A DNA stretch of 64,000 bases from contig OZ316897.1 of NCBI GenBank assembly GCA_973895155.1, positions 4,977,976 to 5,041,975 on the forward strand, read 5' to 3'. This DNA is from Marsupella aquatica. Lineage: Eukaryota; Plantae; Marchantiophyta. Position 1 is the first letter of the stretch, and each line of letters begins with the position of its first letter. The position numbers and the translations under genes are program-made. Positions 12,060-28,362 of this stretch are shown here, piece after piece. Under the pieces are notes generated by a model. It did no database searches. It saw only the letters and a list, made by a program, of their open reading frames with translations, and had not been told where the DNA came from.

Positions 12060-12790
12060 TTTTTTGCAACATCATCATTTACTCATCATCTTGCGCAGCA
12101 GCATCTTCTCTACATATGATATCTCTTGAAAAACCTCTTATCCATATGACATCTATACACACCAATATCATTTGCACAATGTCCCCTTTTCCCCAGCAAC
12201 ATCTTCTCTACATATGATATCTCTTGAAAACCTCTTATCCATAGTAACATCTTTACACACCAATATCATTTGCACAATGTCCTCTTTTCCACAACTACAT
12301 CGTTCACGCATTGACATCTTTTTGCAACAACAGCATTTCTAGAATGAAATCTTTTACACAACGTATTCCTGCAAACAATATCTATTACATACTCATATCT
12401 TTTGCACAATGATATTATTTTTGCAGACAGCATCATTCTAGAATGAGATCTTTTACACAACATCTTCTTGCGAACTATATCTATTACATATACTGATATC
12501 TTTGGAGATGCCAGACAACATAGTTCTAGAATGAAATCTTTTCTGCAACACCTTTGTGCAAATGATATATGTTACATATTGATATCTTTTGCACAATGAT
12601 ATCATTTTTGCAGACAACATCGTTCATACAACCAAGATCTTTGTGCAACAACATATTTCTTGCAAATGACAACTTTTGCACAACACCTTTTCTGTAACCA
12701 ACATCTCTTTGCACATCTTTTGCACAATGTCATATTTTTTGTAAACTACATCTTCTTAGCATAGGACATCTTTTTTGCATTGACATCTTA
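12060..12790. repeat. Degenerate AT-rich tandem array (~95-100 bp units)
   Basis: Near-duplicates at ~12100-12190 and ~12198-12290. TTCTAGAATGA(A/G)ATCTTTT recurs at ~12337, 12436 and 12524. Repeated TTTGCACAATG and ACAACATC cores. Confidence 0.75.
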
Positions 12791-14193
12791 TGTGCAATGA
12801 GCTAGTTTTGAAGATAAAGAGCTCTCATCCACTACCTTCCAAAAGCAGAACCGAAAGCAGCAAGTTCCAGGATCTGCAGTATCTAGTCATACTTCTGGCC
12901 TTATTATATCCCGATCCTCCGTTTCTCCACATGGTCCTACCACAACCTGGGAGGGTTGTAAGCCCTCCTTTTCCAGTTCTATTTCGAATTTGGACCACAG
13001 AAACGAGGAAGCAAAATTAGCCAAAATCCAAATCCAAAGACGACCGACTTCATGACCGTCCCACTGCAATATTTTAGTTTCCACAGTTCATATTTTGCTT
13101 TTCGGCGTTGCTTCCTTCTTCAACTCCAACAACACCTGTGCAATACATCAGGGCTACATCAAGAGCATGGTCTTCGAAATTCAGTGCTTTGCAAGACGGG
13201 ACAGTCTGGTAAACGACTGCGTTGCATCCTTCAACTCCGGCAAGTTATAGGCAATATAAAAGGACAAGGCACTTGGAAGGAATTCCTCGGGATATCACAA
13301 AGTAAATTGATACCATTCAGCCCTTAAATAAGGGGTGGGTCAGAAATCAGACAACCTTCATCCTTGCTTTAACACTCCAATTTCTTGAGAAAGTTAAATT
13401 CTATATTGACCGTCTGTACCCAGAACTATTCACACCCAGTGTAACGACAAGTTATCCCACTTCTACGAAGTGTTAGAGAGAAGAGCAGCCTCCAACCGCG
13501 CAACCTGACTTTTACAACTATCTAATTATCAGAAGCATTGAAAGCAGGAGGAGCAACTTTCACAACCCAGGGAACATGGAACTGTGCCTTCCGTGGAGAT
13601 TCTGGCCAACAATAAAAGTACTCTGAAGGTGAGAAATCAGAAAGAATGCAATCTTCAAGAAAATTTGAAAATATGTTGCCTAAACTTCTAATATATTGCG
13701 ATGGACAACACGCGGCAGAGCTCTTTCTCCATACGGTCAAGCTAGTTGCATTCTTGAACCAAGTCTAGGACTCTGGCATTCCCTGAAGAGCAAAACCTTC
13801 AGATCTGCTACAGTGTCTCAGATGAGAAGCAAGATATAAACTTGTAACAGATACAACCACGTGGCAACTGTACAGCTCATAGACTTTACTGAGCCAACAG
13901 TGGTATAAATAATAACTAAGCTATAGACATGAATCTACAAACAACTCCTAAACCCTACTCTACTCAAATATCACACTTCAATCCACAAGCTTACAACTAC
14001 AAACTCCTTTTATTGGTTTTGACAAAGGAGAAAATTAGTTGACTTGGGGAACGGGAGACCTACAGAGCACCTCCAGACAACTTGAAACCCTCTGTTATTG
14101 CTTGACACGAGCCTAGTGAATATTGACCTGGGTGTCCTGGCCCACAAAAGTACCCACGGCGTGTAGAGGCCTAGCAACACTATCTGTTGGACT

Positions 14194-16809
<2,616 letters not shown>

Positions 16810-16942
16810 CGTTTCAGCCAGAAATGATTCGAATCAGAGTTTCAATCGGGGTTATTCGGTAGAGCGAGCGAACGAGGACCGAAAACAATACACAAAGACC
16901 GCAAAAACAAAACGCTCCTCAGAATAAACGAAAGTTCAATTC

Positions 16943-16945
<3 letters not shown>

Positions 16946-16987
<42 letters not shown>
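16946..16987. repeat. (CT)n microsatellite in the RabB1 5' UTR/promoter
   Basis: 21 TC units. Confidence 0.95.
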
Positions 16988-16989
<2 letters not shown>

Positions 16990-17010
16990 CTTGGACCAGT
17001 TCAGTTTTCT

Positions 17011-17018
17011 TATTTATA
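17011..17018 (-). promoter_or_regulatory. TATA box of RabB1
   Basis: TATAAATA on the minus strand, ~200 bp upstream of the ATG and just upstream of the GA tract. Confidence 0.6.
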
Positions 17019-18299
17019 GGCGCGCGATTCTTCAATGCCACGCCCACGAAATTACTTTTCAGCCTTCCTTCCGACGGCCTTCACTTCCTTCTCGATCGGG
17101 TACTCAGTCCAGGCAGAGGGAGGAGCGGAAATAGTCAGCACAGTGTAGACGATGGAAGGCAAGGCTATCGCTGAGTGGAACCAAACCAGATTGAATGGAA
17201 CCGAACCGAGTTGAGTTGAGTCAAGTCGACTCGAGCGGTCTGGGGAGGGATCATGTCTTCCGGTTTGGCATTCCTGTCTTTTTGGCAGTGTGATATTTGA
17301 TGCCGAACTGATGTGAGATGACTTTATCAAGTAAACTCAAGTGGAGCGGAGGGCCTTGTCTATCAGATGAGTCAAATGCCCATGCCACATCATGTTGGTG
17401 TGAGGCAAAGATGTTGAGGTGCGACAAAGATTTTCAGTGTCAAAGAAAAAATGTCAAAGCGAGTTTACATGTTGAGGTTGTGAAATGAGGAGAAAGTTTT
17501 TGTTAATTATTTTCTCTTTTAATTTTTAAATGCATAAATATTTATATTTTTACTCAAGTTTTTCAAAAATTGAAAAGTAATATCCAATTCTTTAGATTTC
17601 AATTTCAATAATTTAATTTTCACCTTGGGCGGGTCTGGGCAGGCTCTGGGCAACTCAAGCAAAGGCACTTGAGATTGAAATGGGCCAGAAAAAGAAAATT
17701 ATAATCAAGGGCTAAGATTGGTTCTTGTTCTTTCTTGGGTTTGTAAACTGACAAAGGATTAGTTTTGGCTGGACAGGGTATTCTAGTGGTTGATAACGCA
17801 GCTCTAGGCAGCCCTTATTAGGTTGTAACGGGGTGACCAGGTCCTGACATGAAGTTGACTGACGTAGCCGAGAAACAAACCGAAAGAATTGGGGAACATC
17901 ACAAAAGCCCACTAATGGATGGCCTAGATGTGCGTCAGCTTTGAGTAATCTAGGTATACAGTACGGGTTACCATGTATATGCAGTTTGATAAATCAGTTC
18001 AAGCATAAGCACTAAGGAATGTTTGACTGGGAGGTGTGAGCAGTGGACATTTTTTGTCAGATGTTGTTTGAACTTTGTTTACAATGTGTGATAGATCATC
18101 AAAGCACTGAGCTGGAGGCAAAGAGGCAGAAGGATCAAGTTAGTGAGTGGCTGAATGGGGAGACAAGTGTAGCGGGTTGAGTTGTCAAGTTGCTGAAAGT
18201 CAGGCAAGCTCATTGCAATTGTGGTGTCAATTTCAGTGCATTCAAAATGGCTTTCTATGGTGACATTGTGTGGTGCGTCCCATGGCTCTCTAAACCCAA

Positions 18300-20100
18300 G
18301 AACCCGCCGTGAACAAGCCGATCCCCACCGGTTTCGCTCTTGCCAAGGCCAGTTCCGCGGCTTATCGGCATGGGACGCTGCTAAAACTACTTTACTAACT
18401 TTTTACCCACATATACGTCTTGGGGGCACATACAGATCTCACACCTCCAATTCATAACGTCAAGTTACGCATGCACAGTTGACTCGACTTCAAAGCTGGT
18501 ACCAGGCCTAACGACGATCTATCCCAGACTGCAATGAGGCCCGGCCTCACACTTGCCCTGCAAGCTCAGCTCTGGCCATAAATCCCTTAGTGCTCTCTAC
18601 CAGACAAAGGCCGGGACTCCCCATGGATCACGTAGCCTTGCCAGACTGAACCGTAAATGCTCCTCCTGCTGCCCCTCAATCAGTATCTCAGCCTCCCTAA
18701 TGTGCCCACCAAAAATCACATTGAAATCCTCCCCATAGTTTACAATCACCAACACATCACCTATCACCAAGGCTCTGTATCGGGGGAAAAGAACCCAGTT
18801 GTGGTGCCTACTAGAAACAGCCACAATCCAGCTTGCAAACCTGGCCAACTGTTGCTGTGAAGCGTGGCTGATTACTCCCTGAGTAATAGCACAACCAAGC
18901 TCTCCCCAACACACAGCTTCCAAGCCCAGCCTTCCTTGCACAAAGCTCCTCCCTGCTGCTCAGTCTACGTGAGATCACACAACTGAAGTTCCCCCCCCCC
19001 CTCTGCCTCTACGGAGGCGGCTCTATATACTCTCATACTGAGCCCAAATGGGTGGATACTACGCTGTTGGAGCCCCATCCCAGCCCTAACAGACCCGCCA
19101 CTATCTCTTACTACTGAACCCTAACCGGCTTTTCTCCAACCTCTCCCTATTGAGAAAAGGCCCCAACTCTAACTCCTTGCCAAAGACATTGAGGGCAAGT
19201 AATCCACAATCCTCCCGTACTCCAAGGCTCTAGAACGTGCATAGGTGGAGTGGTTAGGAGATGCCGGCATCTCCCAATGCGGCCTTTGTTCCCAGGTCGC
19301 CCTCCAAATCTCATCAATCGTGGGCAAGCGCCCGACTTGGTCCTCTACAAGCCGCCAAATGTCCTCCGGCCATCCTCCGCTTGGCAAATTCTTCTCCTTG
19401 GCCAGGGTTGCCCTCTCTAGATCTCGGAGTTGCTCTTGCAACTCTTGGTTGGCCTGTTTTCTCCCATTGTAATTCAAAGGAGGGACGTCTAGTGGGGCAT
19501 AAAGCCTTGGTATTTTTTGGTTTGCATGGCTGTAAAACATGCATCCTCATCCCGTGCAAAATATAACTACATTGCCAATGGTAGGACCGCCACCCAGCCC
19601 TTCCATGTATCATCTCTGGGTGGGATGGCATTGACTGGGTCGACCTCATGTTCCTCGGCTTCCTCCTGCCTCTGTCTCCCTTGCTCGACCGGCTTTCTTG
19701 ATGTCACCGACCTCATTCTTTTGGCCGGTGTGGTTTCTTTGTTGTTGGCCATCTTCCTCTTCATTTTGGCCGCTCCTGACAACTACCCCAACACTGCTGC
19801 TTTCGTCCATGCCTCCGTGTAACCCTTCCGGTCCCAATGTTTGTCGTTGTAGTTGTTGATGGCCTGCCAAATGCCAATGATTCTATTCTCTCTAAAAAGA
19901 GAAGATCATTGAGCTCATCGGCAGTCGGTGTCCACAAGAATTCAGCCTTGATGAGCTCCCCCCCTAGGAAGGCAAACTTCTGCAATTCCCACAGCCAAGC
20001 AAGCTCCTGTCATTCTCGGGCTGCTCTTTCCGACTCCTCCTCCTCATAGGTCCCAATGTACTCACTTGCCCATTCGAACAGGCATCCCCAAAAATGTGCA
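18300..20100 (-). pseudogene. Decayed coding sequence(s) of unknown family, probably TE-derived
   Basis: Consecutive minus-strand ORF pieces (19761-19985, 19567-19782, 19169-19540, 18597-18941) are joined by stops/frameshifts. No recognisable motif. Confidence 0.3.
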
Positions 20101-20668
20101 GCTTGTAAACCCTAATTCATTCCCTCCTTATGTCGTTGCTTGGTATCTGCTTCCGCCAACTGTGTTCACCTTTGCAGCTGACAGTCGTTGGCTTCTCCTT
20201 GCAATCTGCTCGATCAATGTTTGTGAATGAGCTGTCACTCTTGGTGAACCTCCCTTACCCCCCGGCCTGCCTTGCTTGACTTGGTTGCTCATTACTTGCA
20301 ACCGCTGATACTTAGCGTACACTAACCCTAATCGTGCCCCTTAATGGCCGTTGCGCCTATCACTCCCGGCCTCGGCTTGGGTTCCATGGATACCCTTTTA
20401 AATTGTTTATATTTTCTCGTGTTTTCCTCCTTATACTAGTGGTCTTAGTGTCTACCACCCGATTTTACCATTTTACACAATCTAGTGATTCCTGGCTAGG
20501 CATCACACATTGCTTTAAGTAGATTCAAGTAGATTTAAGTAGATTAAGCACACTTCAAGTTTGCTTGTGAAAATGGTGAGTTCTCGCTAGTATAATTGTG
20601 TCACTATAGAAGTGCCTCTGAGACACGAGCAACGTGTCACTTACTATGATGCAAGTAGTAGATTAGGA

Positions 20669-21020
20669 GAGGCTTTACACCGTGCCAAGAAATAGGAAAA
20701 TGATTTCCTATTATGAGCAAAATTTTGTTGTTACAAGCAAAAATGAGATATAAAAATTTTCACATAAAAACGCAAAATTTTCAAAATATTTTTAAAAATG
20801 ATCATTTTTGGCTAGCGCCAGGCGCTACTATTACTAGCTTGGGCGCTAGTAAAAAAATATCAAAAATACAAACCAAAAAAATAAATATTCCAAAAAAAAA
20901 TTCCCCAAAAAATTCCAAAAAAATTCTCACCCATTTGCTATTTGTTGTTTACTGTTTGTTGTTTCCTGTTTACTGTTTGCTGTTTCCTTTTTACTATTTC
21001 CTAGCACGGTGGTTATACCC
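20669..21020. mobile_element. MULE-related MITE (352 bp), 8-bp TSD GATTAGGA
   Basis: TSD at 20661-20668 and 21021-21028. Imperfect TIRs GAGGCTTTACACCGTGCCAAGAAATAG / CTATTTCCTAGCACGGTGGTTATACCC. The left end matches the MULE end at 30659. Contains the palindrome at 20813-20827. Confidence 0.85.
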
Positions 21021-21810
21021 GATTAGGACGTATATGGTCATTAGGACCGTATCCGTATAGTTAGGAGCAGTACACGTAACAGTTTTTGCATATATGATTA
21101 GGCTATGAATAGGTTGGTCAGCTTAATGAGTGCCAATTATGATGCGCATTATTTTGATCATTTTCTGTACTATAGCAGCCGTAGAGTAAAAGTTTGTTAT
21201 GGTAATTCACACTTGGACCGAGGCAGTCGTGTTCAATGAGGCCATGGCGGCCAACGATACTCAATGTTCTCACGCCCAAGCTTCCCCAGGAACCCCCATA
21301 AGAAACCATTTGGTGGCGTGACAGCTCATTTGCTACCTCGCACTTTGTCACACAAACAACCCAAGCCATAATTTTGCTTTGGGGTGTAGTGGCCCATAGT
21401 CTAAGTCAGACGATATATGCATATATTCATGTATATATGGATATCATAGGTATGTTTGGATTCCATGCTGGAATACACCCACAATTAGTGACTCGGACTA
21501 ACTCCCAGCTTGGGGACTTACAAGCCATTGCCAACAACAAGAACTTGCAACTTATTCAGCATACACTTTCCCACAATCTCAACCATTAGTTCACACCCGG
21601 TACGTCCCTTGAAATGGCACCTTTGTCAAAGATAAGTCATGCCCAATACACAAATTACTTGCAAAGATCAGAGGGGAAGACTATGTTTTACTCAAAAAAA
21701 GAAGTGACATGTACATGGTTGAATTGACTTCTAAGTGACTAGCAGGGATAATGGAAGTCGATGCCCAATATATCTCTACAAGACCCTGTCTCGCACTTGT
21801 CCAACAAGCT

Positions 21811-22318
21811 AGTGGTGAACCTTGCCACACAGCACCCTCACCAATCCCAACACCCATGCCTAAGTGCCTTTGGTGCCCAAATGCCTCCATGGAACTCCTT
21901 AAACAAGCAACTTGATGTCCCTTGCACCCTCGGCGGCCCCTCCCATACGAAGCTGCGCTTGCTCCCTACCATGATTGTCGCTTAATGGTCCTCATTGTCT
22001 ACACAAGCAACCAAGTACCTCGGTAGGTAACCCAGTAGGATCTAGATCTCACCCCAAGTCTAGCATCCTAACTCAAGCTCAATAGATATTGGTAAGTAGG
22101 TCAGCGATAGGTTCTCCCATTGCCATAAGCCGGAACTAGACCTGACACCCACTATTTGTCTGGAATAAACCCTCTTTGGGTGCAGCCCGTGTTCCCCCTA
22201 GTACCTATCCATCACCAACTAACTGCACTATCCCCAGGACATGCTCATGGCCCAATTGGCGTAGCTTGTCCTAAAGCTTGTCCCAACACGCGGGGACCAG
22301 AATGGTCCTGACTCTAGA
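21811..22318 (-). mobile_element. 3' fragment of the AGT...ACT element family
   Basis: Reverse complement of ~5838-6354. The boundary AGTGGTG at 21811 is the family end CACCACT. Confidence 0.8.
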
Positions 22319-22374
22319 TGACACGCTTGTGTTGGACCTCCAAAGATGAGGATGGTGATGAAGAACCATTAAGT

Positions 22375-22632
22375 CGGTCTGCATCAGGCCCGCCTTGCTA
22401 AGACCCCTATCCCACTCAACATCATTCTCGTACAATCCACGCACGAGGGTGGCCTCTTTGAACGTTGGATGCACCACTTTCTCAAAAGTACAAAGATCTT
22501 CAAAACTCTGAGCCCGAGTGACAACCATCAAGAGGGTTTGCAAATAATATCTCTCCCTTGCCGATGGCGCCACAAAGTACATTCACCCAATGCTAAACCC
22601 TTGTTGGCGCAGACCCCATTTGTGTACCGCCT
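22375..22632 (-). pseudogene. Helitron RepHel fragment
   Basis: KWGLRQQGFSIG*MYFVAPSARERYYLQTLLMVVTRAQSFEDLCTFEKVVHPTFKEA...GLYENDVEW matches the conserved Helitron segment IGRMY.V.P..GE.YYLR.LL..V.G..SFEDL.TV. Confidence 0.85.
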
Positions 22633-23990
22633 AGTCGCGCAAAACTCGACAACCTTAACACTTAGCTCCGGCATCGTTGAACTTGACGCCAAGCTCCCCT
22701 ATGGTCCAAGCCCAAAGCCGCCATTTGGGGAGGACTTAGCATGGGGAGACTTGTGGGCAATGGGGTGTGGCACTAGCAAAGGCAAGACGCTAAGCTGGTG
22801 ACACACACTAAGGACTTAGACTAGTGTCGGGTCAAGAGGGAATGGGCCGGACTCAAGGTCGACCGTCCGGACCCCCAGACGGACTTTGAGTTCTGAGGGC
22901 TTGAGTGTGAACTCCTCTTGGGCCCTAGGCAAATGGAGTGTATTCCATATGCAATGGACGTTTGGGGCATGAGTTACAGCCCAATCCAGGTTTGGCTGAT
23001 CAGGGGTCCCAAGCAACAATGAGATCTGAGGGCCTGCATGAGCACTGGGTCGGCCCAATCACAATGAGCTAAGGTACTCCACTTACGGACGCCTAACTAG
23101 AAAGTTATGGGCATTGCCAGTTGGTGACGAGCCCAAACATGCGAATTGGGGTCCACGTGGGGGGCCAAAATTTGGGAACCAAATTAGGTCTGGGGTGGGA
23201 GGTCTCCAGAAGCATATATGAGGGGAGTGATGTCTCCCTGGGGCTAAGGGCCAGTCGAAGTTGTGGGCCGCGACTGTCGTGACACTAAGGGAGAAACGCC
23301 AAACGAAAATGATAATAACTTCCCAATGGGAAGTCCGTTGGAGGACTTCTTGGATGCGTTGGAAATCTCTCAAGAAGGACCGCATCCTCCTGAGCTTAGA
23401 TGGGTCTAGGGGGTGCCATAGTTTCTTGGGTTTTGCGAAGGCTATTTTGCCCGCTTGCTAAATCCTGTCGAAACAACAACCAAGCCGCGTTCAGTCTCCC
23501 AAGGGAGCTTGCATTGGGGAGGCAAGGCCAAGTAGGCATGGAGGTTGAGTTCCAAGGGCATTTGGCCCCAAGACCATCAGTGGGGCAAGAACCGAGAGTT
23601 GGTTGCTAGACTTGGGGCCATTCTGGTCCCGGCGTGTTGGGACAAGTTTGGGACAAACTTTAGGACAAGCTACGTTATTTGGGCCATGAGCATGTCATGG
23701 GGGCAGGTCAGTTAGTTGGTGATAAATAGGTACGAGGGGAAATCCGGGCTGCACCCAAGGAAAGGGCTGGTCTAGACGAACAGTGGGTGTTGGTTCTGGT
23801 TCCGGCTTATGGCATCATGAGGACCTATCGTTGACCTACTTACCAATGTCTGTTGAGCTTGAGTTAGGATGCTAGACTTGGGAGATCTAGATCCTTATGG
23901 GTTACTTACGGGACTGCTTGGTTGCTTGTGCAGAAGTGAGGACCGTTGAGCGACGATTGTGCTAGAGAGCAAGTGCAACTTCGTATGGGA
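22633..23990 (+). mobile_element. AGT...ACT element, second copy, 3'-truncated
   Basis: Starts AGTCGCGCAAAACTCGAC and is colinear with 4863-~6223. Confidence 0.85.
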
Positions 23991-24012
23991 TGGCAATATT
24001 TCATAGCTACTC

Positions 24013-24255
24013 ATGAGAGTGATTCTAGAATTGCACACAACTACGTACTGGGTTCAAGTGTGTTGCTTCCCTTGTTGCTCTTGTGATGACTTTTACAAGA
24101 GGCACACGCGAGGAAGACCCTACATGTCTTGTAAACATCTCCTATGGGTGTACTTAAATAAGTTTTCGCTTAATCTAGAGAGAGAAAATCTTGTGAAATA
24201 GCCAATTCTGACTGTTGGTGAACTAAGGAGTTTGATTCTGTTACACAATAGTTGA
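24013..24255 (+). pseudogene. MULE transposase C-terminal SWIM zinc finger (copy 3)
   Basis: YWVQVCCFPCCSCDDFY...SCKHLLW...PILTVGE, homologous to the copies at 25500 and 30836. Confidence 0.8.
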
Positions 24256-25499
24256 GTCCATCTCTTTTATCCGTTAAGATGGACATTTAAGAGTATCTGT
24301 TTTTGTTGCATTCCAGGATTCAAAACCTGAACAATGTACTCTCTCCGACTAATAAGAAAGCGGGATGTTATGTTAGCAAGGATCGTATGTATATTCAGTG
24401 TGGGTCCAAAATGTTATTAAACTTGATGTGTTAAATTCTTGATATGTGTTAGCTAAACATACACGCTGTTATTTCATGACAGACACAACAGAAATCACTC
24501 TAGTATCGTAGGAAACTTTTGCTAGCGAGATATGGACAAATGAAATTGAAAAAACATTCAAAGATTTATTGGAAATTTGTCCACTCTGATCATAAAAACA
24601 TCTGTATCTGACAAAATGTCCGTGTGCTCCTGAATATTTCATGGTTAAGTCACAAACTTAATAGATGTTAATTGTCAAACTACATTGTTGCACAATGCGG
24701 AGTAAATCTCTAGGGTACTATTCATGGAGATGTTGCCTTGTATGCGTCTGAATCTGTGTCCGAAGCGGTATCGAGTGTAGCAACGGAGACAGGAAACAAG
24801 CTAACAAGAAATTTGTTTCCTATTTTGAATATGCTGTTACCAGGAAAAAACTGCTTGTACAAGGGGAAAAACATAGTATCATGCGTTTCTTAATTTTTTA
24901 ATAAGTGTAGAATTGTAAATTTTGGAAGTAGTCCATTGCGGTTATGGAGGATACATTGTCATGAATCATTGAGCTGTAAACAAACATTCCAAGAAGTTGG
25001 CCTCAGACAATAGTTGAATATGAAATGATTTATGCTAATGTATCATTTATTTTCAATGTTCTTCAACGTCAAACTTGAACCCACATAATAATTGAACCTC
25101 ATATCTTAGAACAAAGAAGGGGTGCATACATAAAAATGTCAAGGAATGCGCACAAACATGGTAGGTCCCACCACAATTGGGAACAAAATAATTGAAAATA
25201 ACACAATATGAACCCAACACAAAAATTTATCGTATTATATGGTCCAAAAGAAAAGCGAACAACGTCTTGACTTGCGTCTGGCGCTAGTTAACCGGTATTT
25301 AGGAAACAAATAGTTGGCGATGACAAAATCGGGCACAACACGATGAAAACACATGGTGTCTCTAGAAGGACAAAATTATCAGCGCCTGGCGCTAACAAAA
25401 ATAGAATGCAATATGTACATAACACTATTCCGTTGACATACGACAAAATCAATATAACCGTTTGGACCAATAGGACAACCGAGAGCATCATGATTCAAA

Positions 25500-27524
25500 C
25501 TATAAACCATGAGCATTTTGCCTCTCTAATATGAGCCGAACCTCTCCAACAATGAGAATTGGTTGGCTGGTCAATGTAGATTCCTCAACGTCTAGTTTGA
25601 AAACGGTAAGGAAAATCCAATACAAATGTTTGCAAGGCATATATGGATGTTTTTGAGAATGACGCCGGTAGAAATCCTCACAAGAGCAAGTTGGGAAAAT
25701 GCAAATCTGAACAAAGTAACAATTTGGCGTCCGCATATTTTTGTGCATTTGCACCTTGAACTGCTTTCCCTATGCATTCCCAATCGCGACATCCCAGTCC
25801 TTGAATGGACATTGTCTCTTTTTTTGCAGACTCAATTCTGTTCATGTGACCCTAGGTAAGAGTCGACCAAGAAACCGTATTCCTCCCATTCCAGCTTTGA
25901 AGACAAACATTGGGTTTGAGAGGACTGACATTTTTTGGAAAGATATTGACATTGATTCGAAGATCAGATTTTGACAGGGGAATAGGAGTAGATTCATTTT
26001 CGTGGGCTAGCGAGATTTCATTCTCAAGAAGATAATGCATCTTGTCTTTTGAAACATGTGTGCCTTTTAAAACGGGAAGAACATCAGGGAAAGGGCCCAG
26101 CAGATTCAATACACCACAACGCGGACGGCTTCTGTAACATGCATTGTTTGGGAAAAACCAAATCATTTCGGTTATGGGTTCCCCCCTGAACATGCGTTGT
26201 CCTTTGACAACAATGCCGATAACACCATTTGCTAAGGGAAATCCTACTTTTTCACCCGATTGAAATACTCATCTCTTTGAGAATTACGGGCAAATGATCC
26301 ATTGCACTGAGGACCAACGCCAAATTTTGAAGTTTGACGTAAGTGCCATGCAGCTGGAGCGACCTCGGTCTCATGGACAGGACACTCTTGTAACGGTTGC
26401 TGAAGCACAGAGAGAGCACTCTTGGGCTGCCTTGTTGAACGCGTTTGGTCTTGAGCAGGAGGGGTATTGAAATCAACATCTTCTCCACTACCCAAAATGT
26501 CACTTCTAGACAGATTAACAACAGGAACAACCTGAGGCGTGGGGCTAGGAATAGCATCAAACATCGTGCGAGTAAGATTCTTCCTTTTCATCGATCTGGT
26601 ATTTGGCAAGGTGACAAGGATTTTATCATGCCTATGGGAGTCTTGTGGCGAGATATTCCCAGATGCATGTCCTTTCCTCTTCAAAGATTTGGTGACAACG
26701 TCTCCATTGAGAGGTGCCCGTCCCTCTAAGTCAAACTCGACAGCGTTGGACAGTAGCATATTCATTGCATCTTCAAACAACTTGGGAGAGCCTACCTAGT
26801 CCGCTGATTGGAAAGCCGTTTCCCAAATCATTGGACCTTTTCCTCTATTCAACCCTTTCCGATACGTAGTGTAAGCTGCAACCTAAAAAATAGCTCAATT
26901 TTGTCCATTTCACATGCCTCAAAGAGCCAAACTTTTTTTTCATTACCCACGCTTTCATACCTGCATGAACGGACTCTGATCATGTACAATTAGGAATCTT
27001 AGCTCCTTCTTTGACACTCTTGTTCTACAATTATATAGAATAAAACGCCTATAAGGCAACAAGACAATACTAGCTTCAGGCGCTAGAGTAGTGGAGTCGG
27101 TACATAGAAGTAAAAAGTTGCAATGTAGATTATGGGACGGCTTATTGTGTCCTATTTTGTCATCAGACAATTGGAATAAATAATAGCGCCAGGCGCTAGG
27201 AATAAAGGATGCTATGGTAATGTAATATTTAAAGTTGACATTGTCAATACAATCATTCTATAATGATAATATAGCAGCGCTCGACGCTAGCAATATTTCA
27301 AAAATGGAAAGGAAAATAAACAAACTTACCAAACGAATAAAATTTCCCCATTGCCTCCATCTGACAACCCACCATGAAATCCAACTCTGAAGCATCCGGA
27401 GCTTCCCGGGGACACAGTTACCGGACTGCCACCACAAATCAATCTCCCTTGAAAGTCTATAAGCCTCTACAAACGTGGAGGCATTTTGCGTCTTATCCCA
27501 AAGCCTGAGATGCTCTGCTTGACT
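25500..27524 (-). pseudogene. MULE transposase 3' half (copy 2), cut by the gypsy insertion at 27525
   Basis: WISWWVVRWRQWGNFIRL, GLNRGKGP, SNAVEF...DSHRHD, FRGEP..IWF and SWIM CSC..F...PCKH are all colinear with copy 1. Palindromes lie in the intron and 3' region. Confidence 0.85.
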
Positions 27525-28362
27525 TGTCACACCATTTAGAGTGGTAGTAAAGTATATATCATACTATCTAGGTATAGAGGTTTTGTATGTGTGCTATATG
27601 AGCATTGTGTTTAGGTTGAGTTGGTGTGAGGGATAGTTATCCCCTTGTGTTGGCTCAAAGGCCTCATCTTTCAATGTTGAGCCTTTGAGCATGAGCTTGG
27701 TGGCTATGGTGTGGCTGACCAGGTTGTGTGCATGTAACGTGGATTCCTTGAAGCACAAGGTGCATTATGGCTTGACATACATGTGTGATCGCGTCGGATG
27801 GGATCATTGTTGGATTAGCACGGATCGTTGTTCGATTTGCACTATTGAAGAAGATTATATTGAAAGATTAGCTTTGAATTCTGATGTATGGATCGTGCAA
27901 ATAGAAGTTCAATTTTGTTGTGGTTTTGTTGTTGACGATTCGTGGTATCTTGGATCGGGTTTTGTTGTTGAACGGATTGCTAGTATCTCGATCTGTTACA
28001 AGTTGGTGTTGAGAAAGCTCGAGTGAATGTGGAGCTTTGAGTTGTTGAGTTGCGCGTTTGGAGTTGCGGTTTGCATCGGTCAACATTGCAGCATTTTGGA
28101 GGACTGAGTGTGCGGTCGATGATCGGAAGTTGTCGTCGATTGTTATGCGCGGATTGCTGAGAGTATTTGCTACGGTTTTGTGAAGGCAAGTCGGTCAGAC
28201 TTGTGATTGTTTGTGATTCTGGTTGGGGATGGTTTCAATTGGAAGTTGATAGTTGCAATTGTATGTTGGGGATTTTGAGATTCGTCAAGTTTGATGTTGA
28301 CGGACAGTGCATTTCTTTGACGAAAGTGACGTTGGATGTTGGCAAATTGTGTCCCCTGTGAC

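Noticed and set aside
20678-21011. CACTA/Harbinger MITE with CACCG ends and TTA TSD
   Set aside because: The wider boundaries give a perfect 8-bp TSD and match the MULE end.
24765-24850. Terminus of MULE copy 2
   Set aside because: It resembles the MITE subterminal motifs (ACAGGAAAC, TGTTACCAGGAAAAA) but is too degenerate, and no TSD can be tested.
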